IMG/VR virus record: IMGVR_UViG_3300045921_000484
Location: 25,258 to 89,257 of that record
Length of the DNA stretch: 64,000 bases
Origin: a virus
Lineage: Duplodnaviria; Heunggongvirae; Uroviricota; Caudoviricetes
Strand: one strand, 5' to 3'
Position numbers and translations under genes: made by a program. Shown piece after piece: positions 47,258 to 56,441 of this stretch. Position 1 is the stretch's first letter; each line of letters opens with the position of its first letter. The notes under the pieces are model-generated. The model searched no databases. It was not told the origin of the DNA and saw nothing but the letters and a program-made list of their open reading frames with translations.

Positions 47258-50031
47258 ACTTCTTTTCCATTTATATAATTTTTAATATCATCATAACCTT
47301 TTCTCAGCTTGATGATTTCTCCGTTGTGTTTGTATATTTGAAAGTATTTACTACAAATAATAGATGGTTTCATTATATCTATTATAAATTCTTTATTCCA
47401 TATAACATAATTAAATGATAGCTGATCCCTTTTTGAGTATTTATAGATTTGATCCCACCACAATTCGCCAATTTCTCTAGAATATTGATTGTTATTCCTG
47501 ATGATTATACCAGATTGTACTAATCCATTATCTTTCGGATACCCCATTTTCATATATTGAGACATTTGTTCGTTTACAACATCAGATTTATCTTTATTTA
47601 ATAAAATAACAGCATTTGACTCATCATATATGCATTTTCTATCTGGGTGTTTTGCTATAGCAAAATAATTTATTAGATTATTAGATATAAATTCGTTTAT
47701 ATTGCCTATAACTTGAATATTTCCATCCACCCATACAGTTGTCTCATATTCTTTTAGAAAAATATGAGGTAATGTCTTAACACATCTAGCTATTTTGGCT
47801 TGATCAACTTCATTCATATATTCCGGAATTTTTCTTATTTCCCAGGTCTCGCTTTCTATTTCTCTATCAGTATAACATATATAATCTATGTTATTCTCAA
47901 CATTTAAAACTTCCTTCAATATATCATATCCACCTGATATACAAGTGTAGATCGCAATTTTATTTCTATTTTTAATTTTTGATAGCTTTTTATACCTATT
48001 ATTGTAATTTCTATCACTTAAATTTCCATGATATAAGTGATTGATAGTTTCATTTAGATATCCGATGGTATATTTACCAAGTGAATCAATCCAACTTATT
48101 GAGTTTTTCCATATTTTGTAATTATTCTCCTTTACTTTACTAAGTGTCCATCCGTTCTTTACATTGAATAATCCATATAGAAATATGGTGTCACCACCAC
48201 CCACATACATTTGTTCAAATAGTTTCTTTTCTTTTAGTATTCTTACTTTACCCATCCATGATCCACCCGGTTTGTATCCTTTCTCCAATAAATAGTCTAT
48301 ATTTTTTGAATCCGGATTAGCTGACATTATTGATTTATGTGATTCCAATAATTCACCATTTTCACCTAAGTAATTAATCTTATTAAATAGTTGAACGAAA
48401 TCGTATCCTTTTGATATTGAGTCTAAATTATTTAACCAATCGAGATTTTCATATATTAAATCACCATCTATCCATATTAGATAGTCGGTATTTACTTTTT
48501 CTAAAATTTTATTTATTAATATTTCTTTTGACCATATTTTATTATCTATATCACCATCAATTATTAACTTTTCACAAGGTATTTCAAAATCTATATCTCC
48601 ATAATTAATAACACCGACAATCATCTTATCATAATAATCCTTAAATTGATCTAAGAATTTTATGAAGTTATTTTTTTGTCTTATATCATTTCGAAAATTG
48701 AAGTAATATGAACAAATTGTATATGTTGTTTTTTTATTAAATAGTCTATTTATTTCTTCATCATTTATGAACATTTCGGTTTCTCTACCTTTCCAGTTAG
48801 AATAGGCTTTCCCTAAGTGTATGACAGATATATTTATATCTACCCTATTGTTAAATTTATTTCTAAATGATAAGTCACTCCAAGAGGCATCATCTGATGT
48901 TTCAGGGAAAATGGGATTTCTACCGAATATCGCACTACTGTTTACATTGAATAATTGAAAATATCCAAAACCTTTAGATGATTCTATCTTACCAACTTGT
49001 TCACCGTTAATCCATCTTTGATAATCATCGTAGTTTTCTATGATATTTCTACTGCATATATGTAGAGCGTCCTTCTTAAATATATTGGAGTTTATTATTT
49101 CACTCCAGTTATTTGGTAGTATAATATCTGCATCGAGTAGTAATATCCATTCTGGATTTTGAATAGATTTTATACCTTCATTAATAGCCTTCCCCTTATT
49201 AAACTTCGCTCCATCCTCATACATTCTATCCGTTATTACACATTTAACTCCGAATTTATCACATATTTCCTTACATAATGTATCACTAGTGGAAGTAACA
49301 ACCGTTATATTTTCTAAGTATTTTATATTATTCTTTAATGTTAGAATTAAAAAATCATTATAATCTACTGAGACTATAACTGCATCAATTTTATTAATTT
49401 TTATTCCTGGATCAGCCTTTATATCTTCTTTTTTGGCGACTTGTCTTCTTGATTGTAGATTAACAATTTGGCTTTCAATGTTTGATTCTTTTTGTATATT
49501 CCTTCTTGGTATTATATCGAAGTTCTTGGTTTGTGTTTGTATTGGTTTTGAATAGTACGATGGTCTTTTATTATTCACTATAATACTTAATGATACATCA
49601 ATTCGTTCACCTATTAGAGACTCATATATTGTTTGTTTAGATTCATCCAATATTATATTATCAAATATTAAAGTATCGATTGATCCTTTATTCAATAATC
49701 CATTAGAGTATGAACTTAGTTGAATTATCTTTCCTTTACCAATACTATTTACCTTCATTAGAGTGTGATTAAAAATGGCATATGGGTTTGCCCATATTAT
49801 TGTTTCATTCTTATGTATATTACTAACATATTTAAGAATATCAACTTCACTATATCCTTTTTTTATTGAGAAATTTATTTTGTTATTTTTAGGTAGTCCA
49901 GGTATGTCTAAGTCTGAAAATATCAATATTTTTGATATAAGGCTATTAGATATGTTTTGTCTAAGTGATTCCAAATAGTCAATCTTATATGGTTCTAATT
50001 CTCTGTATTGTATTTTATGGACAAGTATCAT
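47254..50031 (-). CDS. Multidomain glycosyltransferase (two GT-A domains + TOD1/MUCI70 DUF616-like domain)
   Basis: FNKGKAINEG/LLLDADII; WSKEILIN/IWIDGDL; IAIYTCISGGYD...VWVDGN...HPDRKCIYDE...RDQLSFNY. Confidence 0.8.
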   Translation of the reverse strand: MILVHKIQYRELEPYKIDYLESLRQNISNSLISKILIFSDLDIPGLPKNNKINFSIKKGYSEVDILKYVSNIHKNETIIWANPYAIFNHTLMKVNSIGKGKIIQLSSYSNGLLNKGSIDTLIFDNIILDESKQTIYESLIGERIDVSLSIIVNNKRPSYYSKPIQTQTKNFDIIPRRNIQKESNIESQIVNLQSRRQVAKKEDIKADPGIKINKIDAVIVSVDYNDFLILTLKNNIKYLENITVVTSTSDTLCKEICDKFGVKCVITDRMYEDGAKFNKGKAINEGIKSIQNPEWILLLDADIILPNNWSEIINSNIFKKDALHICSRNIIENYDDYQRWINGEQVGKIESSKGFGYFQLFNVNSSAIFGRNPIFPETSDDASWSDLSFRNKFNNRVDINISVIHLGKAYSNWKGRETEMFINDEEINRLFNKKTTYTICSYYFNFRNDIRQKNNFIKFLDQFKDYYDKMIVGVINYGDIDFEIPCEKLIIDGDIDNKIWSKEILINKILEKVNTDYLIWIDGDLIYENLDWLNNLDSISKGYDFVQLFNKINYLGENGELLESHKSIMSANPDSKNIDYLLEKGYKPGGSWMGKVRILKEKKLFEQMYVGGGDTIFLYGLFNVKNGWTLSKVKENNYKIWKNSISWIDSLGKYTIGYLNETINHLYHGNLSDRNYNNRYKKLSKIKNRNKIAIYTCISGGYDILKEVLNVENNIDYICYTDREIESETWEIRKIPEYMNEVDQAKIARCVKTLPHIFLKEYETTVWVDGNIQVIGNINEFISNNLINYFAIAKHPDRKCIYDESNAVILLNKDKSDVVNEQMSQYMKMGYPKDNGLVQSGIIIRNNNQYSREIGELWWDQIYKYSKRDQLSFNYVIWNKEFIIDIMKPSIICSKYFQIYKHNGEIIKLRKGYDDIKNYINGKEV

Positions 50032-50061
50032 AAAATTATATATAAAGAAAAATCGTCTCTA

Positions 50062-50472
50062 ATGGAGAAAAAAGTGGGTAGAAAAGAGGTAATTTCTTTT
50101 CCAGATTTAGGAATAGAAAAGATTAAAGCCAAGGTTGATACCGGAGCTTATGGTATAGCTTTACATGTTGATGGTGTAGAAGTCGTTGATGATAAAATTT
50201 ATTTTTGGATTGGAGATAAAAGTCGTATATTTGTATTTGATAAGTACAAAAAAATAAAAGTTAAAAGTTCTTTTGGAAGAGAACAGGAAAGATATTCCAT
50301 TTTAACTAGAATAAAATTAGGCGATAGAATTTATAAATTTTATGTATCATTAACCGATAGAAAGAATATGAGATATCCGGTATTAATAGGTCGTAGATTT
50401 CTTTATAAGTTTGACTTTTTAGTGGATGTGAGAAAAATAAATCTACATTATGATAGAGATAAAAAGGTGTAA
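50062..50472 (+). CDS. RimK-associated retropepsin-like aspartic protease
   Basis: VGRKEVISFPDLG...AKVDTGA...DRKNMRYPVLIGR; likely start MEKKVG at 50062. Confidence 0.85.
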   Translation: MEKKVGRKEVISFPDLGIEKIKAKVDTGAYGIALHVDGVEVVDDKIYFWIGDKSRIFVFDKYKKIKVKSSFGREQERYSILTRIKLGDRIYKFYVSLTDRKNMRYPVLIGRRFLYKFDFLVDVRKINLHYDRDKKV

Positions 50473-50992
50473 TTATATAACTGGACATGATGTCAGTTCC
50501 GTTTCTTTTGGGTTAACAAAGATTGTCGACTTCCTTGAAGCATCTGGTAGAACACCCCTATTTTTATCCAAACCAGATAATAAAACATCATTAAAATCAT
50601 TTATAAAATCTTCAAAGTTTGAATTTAAAAATCGGCATGAGTTTGAAGTGATAATAACAAACAAAGGTAATCTATTTAGAGTTGACTTATTGATAGTTGA
50701 TCTATGGCATTTAAGTACCGTTTCATCAGTACTTGATTATAAAAAAATTTTGGATAAACTAAATATTGATTATATGATAGTTTGTACTAAGTATCACTAT
50801 AAAGTTGATGATAATAACACTAGAGTCTATCATATAGACAAAGAGGTTATTGATACGGTTTCTTGGATAAAGAATTATAATTATATTATAAGTGAGAAAG
50901 TTGATGGGTGGAAGTCAACCATAGATGATTTGATACTATCTTATAAGAGAGATAAGAAGATTGATGATATCTTTGGTGAAAATTCTATTTAA
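50450..50992 (+). CDS. Degenerate P-loop-like protein with C-terminal RDKKIDDIF tag
   Basis: LLIVD Walker B-like strand, no GKT; layout parallels 57258..57746. Confidence 0.6.
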   Translation: MIEIKRCNYITGHDVSSVSFGLTKIVDFLEASGRTPLFLSKPDNKTSLKSFIKSSKFEFKNRHEFEVIITNKGNLFRVDLLIVDLWHLSTVSSVLDYKKILDKLNIDYMIVCTKYHYKVDDNNTRVYHIDKEVIDTVSWIKNYNYIISEKVDGWKSTIDDLILSYKRDKKIDDIFGENSI

Positions 50993-51018
50993 AATCTTTC
51001 TAAATTAATTTTTTTCCT

Positions 51019-51026
51019 TATATTTG
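51019..51026 (+). promoter_or_regulatory. Bacteroidota-type -7 element TATATTTG
   Basis: Intergenic, just upstream of the peptidase gene. Confidence 0.55.
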
Positions 51027-51042
51027 TATTATAAAATCATAA

Positions 51043-52179
51043 TTGATGAGAATTAGACGAAAATTTCTGCAACTTACTCGAAAAACATTTCCTTACGGCT
51101 ACGAAAGTGAACTAGTAAAGTATTTACCTGATGGATCTTCTGTTGATGAACATGGTAATTATTTTTATATAGTTGGAGATAATCCAACAACTATGTTCAC
51201 TTGTCACCTAGACACTGCTTGTGATGAACAGAAGTTTGTAAAACACGTTTATTCTGATAGAATTATTAAAACAGATGGTACCACTATCTTAGGTGCTGAT
51301 GATAAGGCAGGTATGGTTGTTCTTCTTTATATGATCGAGAAGAAAGTCCCAGGTCTTTACTATTTTTTTATTGGTGAGGAAGTTGGTTGTATTGGTTCCA
51401 GTAAACTGGCAGAGGATTGGGAGAATTTCGAATATAAGGATTCTATTAAGAAAGTCGTTTCTTTTGACCGTAGAGGCACAAAATCTGTTATTACTCATCA
51501 ATTGTATGGTCGTTGTTGTTCTGATGAATTTGCTGAAGAACTATCTTTTCGTTTAAATACAGCTGGATATGATTTGAATCTTGAACCGGATGATACTGGT
51601 ATTATGACTGATTCTGCTAAGTTTATTGACCTTGTTCCAGAGTGTACAAATATTTCTGTTGGTTATTATAAAGAACATACATATGGTGAAAGTCAAGATA
51701 TTGAATATTTGACAAGACTTTGTAGATCAGTTGTTCTAATTGATTGGGAAACATTACCAGTTGAGAGAGATCCTTATATTAACTATGAGTATTATGAAGA
51801 GGAATATGATGCGTATAACTATGGTAACTATGATAATGGTCGTTATTTCAGTCCAAATAACTGGACTTGGGTAAACACCAAGACAGGTGTTAAGAAGATG
51901 TATATATCAAGTAGTCAGATAGATAAAGAAAAGTCTATGATATATTCCTGGTTATTTAATAGTGGTTTGTATCACAGTGTCATGAGTATTTCTTGGAATG
52001 GAAATACACTTTATATTGAGAATCAAAGAGGTGATATGGAATATGTTGGTGGTAGAATGGATGTTTGTGAAATGGTTCCGGATTTGAAATTTATATCTTC
52101 TAGTCAGTTATCTGATAAACCTACAAGAAAATCAAATTTACTTTTTGGGCGAGTTCAAAAAAAAGAATTCCTGATGTAA
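51043..52179 (+). CDS. M20/M28-family metallopeptidase
   Basis: FTCHLDT, LGADDKAG, FIGEEVG, SFDRRG, GYYKEHT. Confidence 0.85.
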   Translation: MMRIRRKFLQLTRKTFPYGYESELVKYLPDGSSVDEHGNYFYIVGDNPTTMFTCHLDTACDEQKFVKHVYSDRIIKTDGTTILGADDKAGMVVLLYMIEKKVPGLYYFFIGEEVGCIGSSKLAEDWENFEYKDSIKKVVSFDRRGTKSVITHQLYGRCCSDEFAEELSFRLNTAGYDLNLEPDDTGIMTDSAKFIDLVPECTNISVGYYKEHTYGESQDIEYLTRLCRSVVLIDWETLPVERDPYINYEYYEEEYDAYNYGNYDNGRYFSPNNWTWVNTKTGVKKMYISSSQIDKEKSMIYSWLFNSGLYHSVMSISWNGNTLYIENQRGDMEYVGGRMDVCEMVPDLKFISSSQLSDKPTRKSNLLFGRVQKKEFLM

Positions 52180-52195
52180 TTAATCAAGAATTCTT

Positions 52196-52783
52196 TTAAT
52201 CAAATCTTTTATTTGGATCACAGAAATCATTATATGTTTCAACTGATACGGCCTTGTAAGCATCATCTAATTTATATGTTTTAGGATTTCCTCTTCTACC
52301 AGCCACCATTGCTGTGTAATCATCTTCTTTCCATCCCAATTTAAATGGTTCTCTTGATATTATTTTAAGTTTACATCTATAAATGGAGTATCCACCATCG
52401 AAATAAATTAAAATAACATCATCTCCTTCTTTTAAATATCTTCTCTCATCACTTAAATTTTTAAGAGCTTCTATATCTATATTTGATGATTTAACTTTTG
52501 AAAAGTCCTCGCCTAAATTTTGACATACTTGCTTAGATATTAGCTTAGCTAATTTCTTTTGTAACTCATTTAATTTACTTTCTTGTTCCGGTGTAATATC
52601 ACCTGATACGGTATTAAACTTTTGATGAACATTAATTAAGATATCATTTATCTTATCATCAATTAGTTTTAGAGCGTAGTTGTATATATCTTCTTCGGTT
52701 TTATCCAATCGATATATTGGATTAGTTCCATCAGAAGAGGATATTTTTGACTCACTAAAATATTCAGTCCAATTCTTAATCAT
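52196..52783 (-). CDS. Hypothetical protein with CTS-like N-terminus
   Basis: MIKNWTEYFSES. Confidence 0.65.
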   Translation of the reverse strand: MIKNWTEYFSESKISSSDGTNPIYRLDKTEEDIYNYALKLIDDKINDILINVHQKFNTVSGDITPEQESKLNELQKKLAKLISKQVCQNLGEDFSKVKSSNIDIEALKNLSDERRYLKEGDDVILIYFDGGYSIYRCKLKIISREPFKLGWKEDDYTAMVAGRRGNPKTYKLDDAYKAVSVETYNDFCDPNKRFD

Positions 52784-52974
52784 CCTAAAATAATTCCAGG
52801 TGTTTTGTACTCTTTTTGAGTTGCGATTTCTAGCATTTGTGATGTTGATAATTCTTTAGGATTCCATCCTTTTTTTTTAGAATATTCATTAATAAATTTC
52901 TCTCTTAATAGAGATATTTCTTCTTTTGTTAGTACTTGGTTACCTTTTAATAAGTCGAATTTTCTCTCGTTCAT
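52780..52974 (-). CDS. Small hypothetical protein
   Basis: 64 aa, ATGA-type overlap with the next gene. Confidence 0.6.
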   Translation of the reverse strand: MNERKFDLLKGNQVLTKEEISLLREKFINEYSKKKGWNPKELSTSQMLEIATQKEYKTPGIILG

Positions 52975-52993
52975 AAAAATTTATTTTTTTTTA

Positions 52994-53419
52994 TTATAGG
53001 AATAAGAACATAAATATTTGAGCTAAAACGCCCAACATCATAAATATTGTTCTATTTCTATATGTCATGATTTTTGTCATTTTTGCGGTAGATGTAGTTG
53101 ATTGGTCAGACCATCTTTTCACATAAAGTCTATCATCTAACTTATGTCTTGTATAATAATATGATCCGTTATGAAAGTAACTAAATATTAACATCATTGA
53201 AATAACTGATATTATTGATTGCCATCCTATGAATGTGTATAATAGAATTCCTATCAATGTTAGTACTATTCCTCTTTGTATCGAGAATATAGGATGTATT
53301 TCGAAGTTACAATCTTTTCTACTATTTGTTTTAAAGTGCCAATAGAATCCTTCTCTTAGTCCTTCTAGTATAGAATATAATATCCAAGCTATATTTATAG
53401 ATAAAGCAACTAATATCAT
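52994..53419 (-). CDS. Multi-pass membrane protein
   Basis: Three to four hydrophobic segments. Confidence 0.7.
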   Translation of the reverse strand: MILVALSINIAWILYSILEGLREGFYWHFKTNSRKDCNFEIHPIFSIQRGIVLTLIGILLYTFIGWQSIISVISMMLIFSYFHNGSYYYTRHKLDDRLYVKRWSDQSTTSTAKMTKIMTYRNRTIFMMLGVLAQIFMFLFL

Positions 53420-53703
53420 CTTGATACTCCTTTCTTACCGTTAGTATAATCCTGTCTTATTTTGTAGGATATTAATAGCGATGATATTGTAAAAAATATA
53501 CCAACCGCTATTCCTATTTTATCGGATTCTTTTGAAAATATTTCCCATCCTTTATATGCAAAGAACATGTTACCTAATAGAATAATAACATACCATTTTC
53601 TCATCCAAAGTAACCAGGGACCGAATTCATAACCACCTGTGTAGTCTTTGATCTTAAAAGATGCTTCTATTTCTTCTTCCGTTCTTTTTCTCCATTTTCC
53701 CAT
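53416..53703 (-). CDS. Two-TM membrane protein
   Basis: WYVIILLGNMFFAY; IGIAVGIFFTISSLLI. Confidence 0.65.
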   Translation of the reverse strand: MGKWRKRTEEEIEASFKIKDYTGGYEFGPWLLWMRKWYVIILLGNMFFAYKGWEIFSKESDKIGIAVGIFFTISSLLISYKIRQDYTNGKKGVSR

Positions 53704-53747
53704 AATTGATAATAATTTTGTTTCTTGTATATATTAAAAAAATTTAG

Positions 53748-53755
53748 TATATTTG
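53748..53755 (+). promoter_or_regulatory. Bacteroidota-type -7 element TATATTTG
   Basis: Ends 4 nt before the ATG at 53760, so the mRNA would be nearly leaderless. Confidence 0.5.
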
Positions 53756-53759
53756 TTTA

Positions 53760-54254
53760 ATGTTTGAACTGAAAGGTAAAATAGAATTCGACCCAATTAA
53801 TGTGACTAGAAAGCATCACAGTCAATCTATTTGGAAGAAAGTTGCATTGGTTAAATTTGATTGTGATATAGCTGAGTACTACTCTTGGTTCATTGAAAAT
53901 AGATTCAACTTTGCCAAAAATGAAAGAACTGGTTTAATTCTTAATAAACCACTTCGTGGAACACACATAACTATTATTAATGATCGTGTCGATGATGAGA
54001 TTTATTCGCAAGCTAGAGAAATATTTCATGGAAAAGAAATAATTTTATTCTATGATCCAACCTATATTAGAGCTAACAATAAAGGTCATTGGTGGATTAA
54101 AGTTTATTCTGATGATGCTAGAAATATCAGAACTGCTATGGGGCTATCTCCGGATCCATACTTTGGATTACACCTAACTCTTGGTAGAGTTACCGATTTA
54201 AGATTAGAACAATCTAACTATATTGTGGAACAATGCAAAAGATTCAATCTGTAA
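53760..54254 (+). CDS. 2H phosphoesterase family protein
   Basis: Two Hx(T/S)-hydrophobic motifs: GTHITII and GLHLTLG. Confidence 0.65.
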   Translation: MFELKGKIEFDPINVTRKHHSQSIWKKVALVKFDCDIAEYYSWFIENRFNFAKNERTGLILNKPLRGTHITIINDRVDDEIYSQAREIFHGKEIILFYDPTYIRANNKGHWWIKVYSDDARNIRTAMGLSPDPYFGLHLTLGRVTDLRLEQSNYIVEQCKRFNL

Positions 54255-54730
54255 TAACACACTTAGAGAGAGTCTATGGTTTAGAGGTCGTTCCTTGTTC
54301 AATTCCAAGGAACGACTTTCAACGCCTTAAAAGAATTTTTTACCTATTTATTCATAATAAGATAAGTGAGGATTTATTTTACTTCCTGAGAGATAAAGTA
54401 TCTCCTATTAAATATCTAGCTGAAAGACCTGAGGGTGAAATTTGGTTAAGAAAGAGAAACGGACAAGGTAGGATTGAATTTGAGATAGAACTAAAACCTT
54501 TACCAATAGAAGCTTGTATCTATTGTGTTGGTTCTGAAAATCCACTATTAGATATTAATATAGGTGATAATTATAGGGTTAGAGTATATCATCAAATGAA
54601 TGAGATTGAAACAATTGAGTTTGTTGTAAATCATTATCGAGGAATTGAAATATTCAATCAGAATTTATCAGAAATTCCACAATTTAAGCAACTATATAGA
54701 GATTATAAATTGAGTAAGATACTCAATTAG
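54233..54730 (+). CDS. Hypothetical protein with C-terminal RDYKLSKIL tag
   Basis: 165 aa. Confidence 0.65.
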   Translation: MQKIQSVITHLERVYGLEVVPCSIPRNDFQRLKRIFYLFIHNKISEDLFYFLRDKVSPIKYLAERPEGEIWLRKRNGQGRIEFEIELKPLPIEACIYCVGSENPLLDINIGDNYRVRVYHQMNEIETIEFVVNHYRGIEIFNQNLSEIPQFKQLYRDYKLSKILN

Positions 54731-55922
54731 CCTTCATAAGGGCTGTTAAAGCTTGCTTCCTTATTTCAGCTGTATTAACACCACCCTCAATTCCTTTAAG
54801 TATTATACCACTAACTTCACTTACTCCGTTTAGATGTGATATGCCTTGCCATATACCCATACCAGCTAAAGAAACCATTGTTATTGAGTAAATAACATTT
54901 GCTACTTTCTCTCTGAACTGTTCGTCTCGTAGTTTAGAATCTTTTTTAGTTAACTTTGACATACCCAAAAGAGCTAGTCTTATAGGTGATGTGTATGCAT
55001 GATGTAATTCATGTCCTTTTTCTTTTAACCAATTACCAAATGATGTTCCAAATAGTTTATCTCTTATAGCCTTTAGTTTAGCTATTTCTCCTTCAAGTAA
55101 TTTCTTGTCCGCATTTGTACCAGTTACTTTTGCTTTCTCAGATTCAAATATAAGAGATTCTTTTACTTCCTTTTTAGTAGCCTCAGTTTTTGCAGTTTGT
55201 TCAGTTTTTACTTCTTGCTTAACATCTGGTTTAGTTTCTGATTTAGTTTCACTAGTATCTTCTTTATTTGTTTCTTTGTGTTCATCTTTTAAGTGTCTAT
55301 GACCGTGATTAAGAAATTCACTTCCTTTACCAAATTGAACCGATTCATTACCGGTGAGTTCTGATAATTTCGATCCTAATTCAGTCCAATTTTTCCAATT
55401 ATAATCAATGCCTACAAATTTAGCAGATCCTTTGGTAATTATTTTTTTGTATGATGTGATGGCATCATTATAATATTTTACCTGTTTTAGTTGATCTTCA
55501 GATAAATTAATTCCAAATTTTCTTTTAAGTAGATTACTTAGACTACCAACGGCTTCCATCGCGACTGGAATTAAGGATGCAATAGTTATTGATAATAAAA
55601 CAGCGCCTTCATTTTTACTTTCACCCTCATCTTTTTTATTTTCAGGATTTTCACCCTCATTTTTCTTATCTTCGGGGTTTTCACCTGATGACTTTTCTTG
55701 AGGACTTGGCGCCTTATCTAAATCTATATCTTGTTTGAAATGTTTTTTTATTAAGTTTTCTATTTTAGACTTCTCATTTTCTGATGAATTAGCCAACAAT
55801 TCTTTATCAGATTCAATATTTGTTGGTGCTATTGTTCCTTCAAATAACATTTCAGTTCCCTCTAAAATAGAGTCAATTTCTCTTTTCTCGCAGAATCTTC
55901 TATAATTAGATAGATGCTTCAT
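54723..55922 (-). CDS. Putative head-packaged membrane protein with CTS-like N-terminus
   Basis: MKHLSNYRRFCE; hydrophobic AVLLSITIASLIPVAM and IYSITMVSLAGMGIW; E/K/T-rich linkers. Confidence 0.7.
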   Translation of the reverse strand: MKHLSNYRRFCEKREIDSILEGTEMLFEGTIAPTNIESDKELLANSSENEKSKIENLIKKHFKQDIDLDKAPSPQEKSSGENPEDKKNEGENPENKKDEGESKNEGAVLLSITIASLIPVAMEAVGSLSNLLKRKFGINLSEDQLKQVKYYNDAITSYKKIITKGSAKFVGIDYNWKNWTELGSKLSELTGNESVQFGKGSEFLNHGHRHLKDEHKETNKEDTSETKSETKPDVKQEVKTEQTAKTEATKKEVKESLIFESEKAKVTGTNADKKLLEGEIAKLKAIRDKLFGTSFGNWLKEKGHELHHAYTSPIRLALLGMSKLTKKDSKLRDEQFREKVANVIYSITMVSLAGMGIWQGISHLNGVSEVSGIILKGIEGGVNTAEIRKQALTALMKAN

Positions 55923-55937
55923 ATAATCAAAATCAAT

Positions 55938-55957
55938 TTTTTAATATATATTAAAAA
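55938..55957. promoter_or_regulatory. Perfect 20-bp palindrome carrying AATATATA on both strands (bidirectional late-type promoter candidate)
   Basis: TTTTTAATATATATTAAAAA centred between divergent starts at 55922 and 55972. Confidence 0.6.
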
Positions 55958-55971
55958 TCAAATACTATTTT

Positions 55972-56409
55972 ATGAAACACTTATGTAGATTTAAGTCATT
56001 TGAAAATGTCGATAATAGTAAAGAAGAAATAGCTGAATACACACAGAATTATATATCCAAACTAAGTGAAAGTGAACTTGAAGAGGTAAAAAGTGAGTTA
56101 GAAAAATTTGCTATGGACAATAATTGTTCAGTTGATGATTTGGCTAATCCGGAGTTTGTTAAAAAAATCCTATCTTCTAATATAGAAGAGGGAATCGGCA
56201 CTTGGATAAAAGATAACTGGTATAAATTATGTAATTATATAGGAATAGGAGGTAAGATAGCTGGTATAATTACATTTGTTGGATCAATAGCACTTCATTA
56301 TATGAATGGAATAGATACAATTACTGGTGTTAAAGTCGGAGTTGCTGCTTATATTATATCTAGTATTGTTCAATCACTTAGAGAACTTGAAGTTCTAAAA
56401 GAAAATTAA
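55972..56409 (+). CDS. Putative head-packaged two-TM protein with CTS-like N-terminus
   Basis: MKHLCRFKSFEN; IEEG before the TM hairpin IAGIITFVGSIAL / VGVAAYIISSIV. Confidence 0.7.
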   Translation: MKHLCRFKSFENVDNSKEEIAEYTQNYISKLSESELEEVKSELEKFAMDNNCSVDDLANPEFVKKILSSNIEEGIGTWIKDNWYKLCNYIGIGGKIAGIITFVGSIALHYMNGIDTITGVKVGVAAYIISSIVQSLRELEVLKEN

Positions 56410-56441
56410 AACAATTTATGGTATACTTAATATCATGAAAT

